A stretch of 24,555 bases of DNA, from the NCBI GenBank assembly GCA_964584035.1, contig CAZOYL010000027.1:1-24555 (forward strand). Reading direction: 5' to 3'. The position numbers and the translations under genes were made by a program. The stretch comes from an uncultured Gemmatimonadota bacterium (lineage in GTDB: Bacteria > SM23-81). Position 1 is the stretch's first letter, and every line of letters starts with the position of its first letter. A model generated the notes under the pieces. It was not told the DNA's origin. It did not search any database and saw only the letters and a list, made by a program, of their open reading frames with translations. Shown here piece by piece: positions 21,575 through 24,555 of the stretch.

Positions 21575-22180
21575 ATGTCGGTTGAGAAGATCACAGAGAA
21601 GATCCTGTCCGACGCCGGAGAACAGGCCGGAGGGATCGAGAGCGAGTTCGCCGCCCGGATCAGGAAGATTCAGGATCAAAGGGATCAGCAGGTAAAAGAG
21701 ATCCAGACCCGGGCACAGGAGGACGCCCGGCGGCGGGCGGAGGATCGCTTCAACAAGGATATCGCCACCGCGGAGCTGGAGCTGCGCAAGGCGGCGCTGG
21801 CCCGCAAGCAGGAGCTCATCGGTCAGGTCTTCGATCTGGCCCGCGACCGGCTGCTGGGGATGAAGGCCAAGCCCCGGCGGGATTTTCTGATGCAGCTGAT
21901 GCTCAAGAACGTGGAGACCGGCGAGGAGGAAATCATCGTTTCCAAGGGGGACGATGACCTGCTCGATGACGGTTTTCTGGAAGAGGCCAACCGGCGGCTG
22001 GGGCAGGAGGGCAAGAAGGGCCGGCTGCGGCTGTCGGAGGAGCGGCGGGATCTGCCGGGAGGATTCATCCTGCGGCAGGGCAAGCAGGAGATCAACTGCT
22101 CGCTCGGCGCCCTGATCAGCTCCCTCCGCCAGGCGCTGGAGCCCGGCGTGGCCCGGGAGCTGTTTTCCAAACCGGATTGA
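21575..22180 (+). CDS. ntpE: V/A-type ATPase subunit E
   Basis: MSVEKITEKILSDA..., GGFILRQG..EINCSL, ..VARELF. Start moved to ATG 21575. Confidence 0.92.
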   Translation: MSVEKITEKILSDAGEQAGGIESEFAARIRKIQDQRDQQVKEIQTRAQEDARRRAEDRFNKDIATAELELRKAALARKQELIGQVFDLARDRLLGMKAKPRRDFLMQLMLKNVETGEEEIIVSKGDDDLLDDGFLEEANRRLGQEGKKGRLRLSEERRDLPGGFILRQGKQEINCSLGALISSLRQALEPGVARELFSKPD

Positions 22181-22201
22181 GAGAAGGGCCTATTCGTTCT
22201 G

Positions 22202-23218
22202 ATGACGGCGCTGACCGAGATAGACTTCCATGACGATACCCGGTACACCTATGCGGTGGGCCGCATCCGGGCGCTGGAGACCCGGCTGCTGACCCGGAGT
22301 GACTTCGCCCGCCTGATGGACGCCGGGGACATGGCCGGGGCCCTGCGGGCGCTGACGGAGATGGGCTATCCGGTTCCAGAGGGAGCTACGGCCTACGAGC
22401 CGGTGCTGACGGCCGAGAACGGGGCGGCCCTGGAGCTGCTGGAGAAGCTGTCGGAAGACGGCCGGCTGATCGAGCTGTTCCGCAGGCGGTATGATTTCCA
22501 TAACCTCAAGGTTCTGCTCAAGGCCGGACATTCCGCCCAGGACCTGTCCGCGGCCCTGGTGGATCTGGGAACCGTGCCCATCGGCGACCTGCAGGAGCCC
22601 GTCCGGGCCGGCGAGCCGGACCGGCTGCCGGAGCCGCTGGCCGCCGCCATGCGGGCCGCCGGGGAGAGGTATGAGCAGAGCCGGGGGCCGGGTGATCTGG
22701 ACACGGCCGTCGAGGGCGTCCAGTATGCAGATATGTTCACGGTGCTCGAGGAGATGAACAACCGCTTTCTGAGCGCCTGGCTGGCCTGGGAGGTGGACCT
22801 GCTGAACATCCGCAGCTTTCTGCGGTTCAAGTGGCTCCAGGAGGACATGAAGACTTTTTCGGACATCCTCCTTCCGGGCGGCAGCCTGGGATGGGACTTC
22901 TTCCGGCCGATTCGGGAGGAGCCCCTGGATACGCTGGCCCAGGCCTTTGGAAGAACGCCCTATGGCCGCGTGGTGGCTGACGGAATCGCCCAGCTGCAGG
23001 CCCGCCGGAGTTTCGCTCCTCTGGAGCGGGGCTGTGACGATCTGATGATGGAGCTGCTGAGGACCTCCAGCCGAACCAGCTTCGGCGTGGAGCCCCTGGT
23101 GGCCTATGTGCTGTTGAAGGAGTTCGAGATCCGGAGCGTCCGGGCCGTTCTGGTCGGCAAGCTGAACGGCCTGCCCCGGGAGAAGATAAAGGAGCGGTTG
23201 CCCGGTGCCTACCTCTAA
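22202..23218 (+). CDS. ntpC: V/A-type ATPase subunit C
   Basis: YAVGRIRALETRLL, YDFHNLKVLLK, FGVEPLVAY..KEFEI...IKERL. Confidence 0.93.
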   Translation: MTALTEIDFHDDTRYTYAVGRIRALETRLLTRSDFARLMDAGDMAGALRALTEMGYPVPEGATAYEPVLTAENGAALELLEKLSEDGRLIELFRRRYDFHNLKVLLKAGHSAQDLSAALVDLGTVPIGDLQEPVRAGEPDRLPEPLAAAMRAAGERYEQSRGPGDLDTAVEGVQYADMFTVLEEMNNRFLSAWLAWEVDLLNIRSFLRFKWLQEDMKTFSDILLPGGSLGWDFFRPIREEPLDTLAQAFGRTPYGRVVADGIAQLQARRSFAPLERGCDDLMMELLRTSSRTSFGVEPLVAYVLLKEFEIRSVRAVLVGKLNGLPREKIKERLPGAYL

Positions 23219-23537
23219 TGTGGCCGTTTTAGGGGATCGCGATTCGATCCTGTGTTTCAAGGCGGTGGGCGTGGACGTCTTTCCGGCGGCCGGCCCCGAG
23301 GAGGCCGCCAAGATCTTCGGGGAGCTGGTCCGGGGGGAGTACGCCGTCATCTTCGTGACCGAGCAGCTGGCCGTCGGGCTGGACGAGCAGATCCGGGAGG
23401 TGGCCTACCGGCCCCTGCCCAGTGTGGTGTTGATCCCCAACAGCAAGGGTTCGCTGGGACACGGATCCAGGCATATCCGGGACGTGGTCAAGAAGGCGGT
23501 GGGCGCGGATATTTTTGCGGAGGGCGAGGAGGAATAG
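23205..23537 (+). CDS. V/A-type ATPase subunit F
   Basis: VAVLGDRDSILCFKAVG, YAVIFVTEQLA, VKKAVGADI; overlaps the end of subunit C. Confidence 0.93.
   Translation: MPTSNVAVLGDRDSILCFKAVGVDVFPAAGPEEAAKIFGELVRGEYAVIFVTEQLAVGLDEQIREVAYRPLPSVVLIPNSKGSLGHGSRHIRDVVKKAVGADIFAEGEEE

Positions 23538-24555
<1,018 letters not shown>

Overview
This is the chromosomal replication-origin region of a GC-rich bacterium. The diderm-type long YidC, short GyrB and the recF-dciA-gyrB order suggest an FCB-group or other deep-branching candidate lineage, but that is inference only. Leftward operon (- strand): dnaA-dnaN-recF-dciA(DUF721)-gyrB-gyrA (gyrA truncated by the window). Rightward (+ strand): rpmH-rnpA-yidD-yidC-mnmE-[parS array]-mnmG-rsmG-parA-parB, then an M23 peptidase-bactofilin pair, then a Na+-type V/A-ATPase operon G/H-I-K-E-C-F-A (A truncated). 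The genes are housekeeping, and no mobile element, CRISPR array or RNA gene was seen. The notable signal is mostly non-coding or at the codon level: (1) a bipartite oriC with a Bacillus-like DnaA-box/GC-spacer/DnaA-trio unwinding element; (2) a third DnaA-box cluster about 12 kb away, in front of the ATPase operon; (3) a ~36-bp-period parS tandem array; (4) an rnpA that appears to need a non-canonical (ACG) start; (5) a bactofilin with two SD-led in-frame starts; (6) a signal-peptide-bearing V-type c subunit; (7) short A/T-ending codon patches over conserved motifs, one at a known intein insertion site. I found no clearly new multi-gene system.
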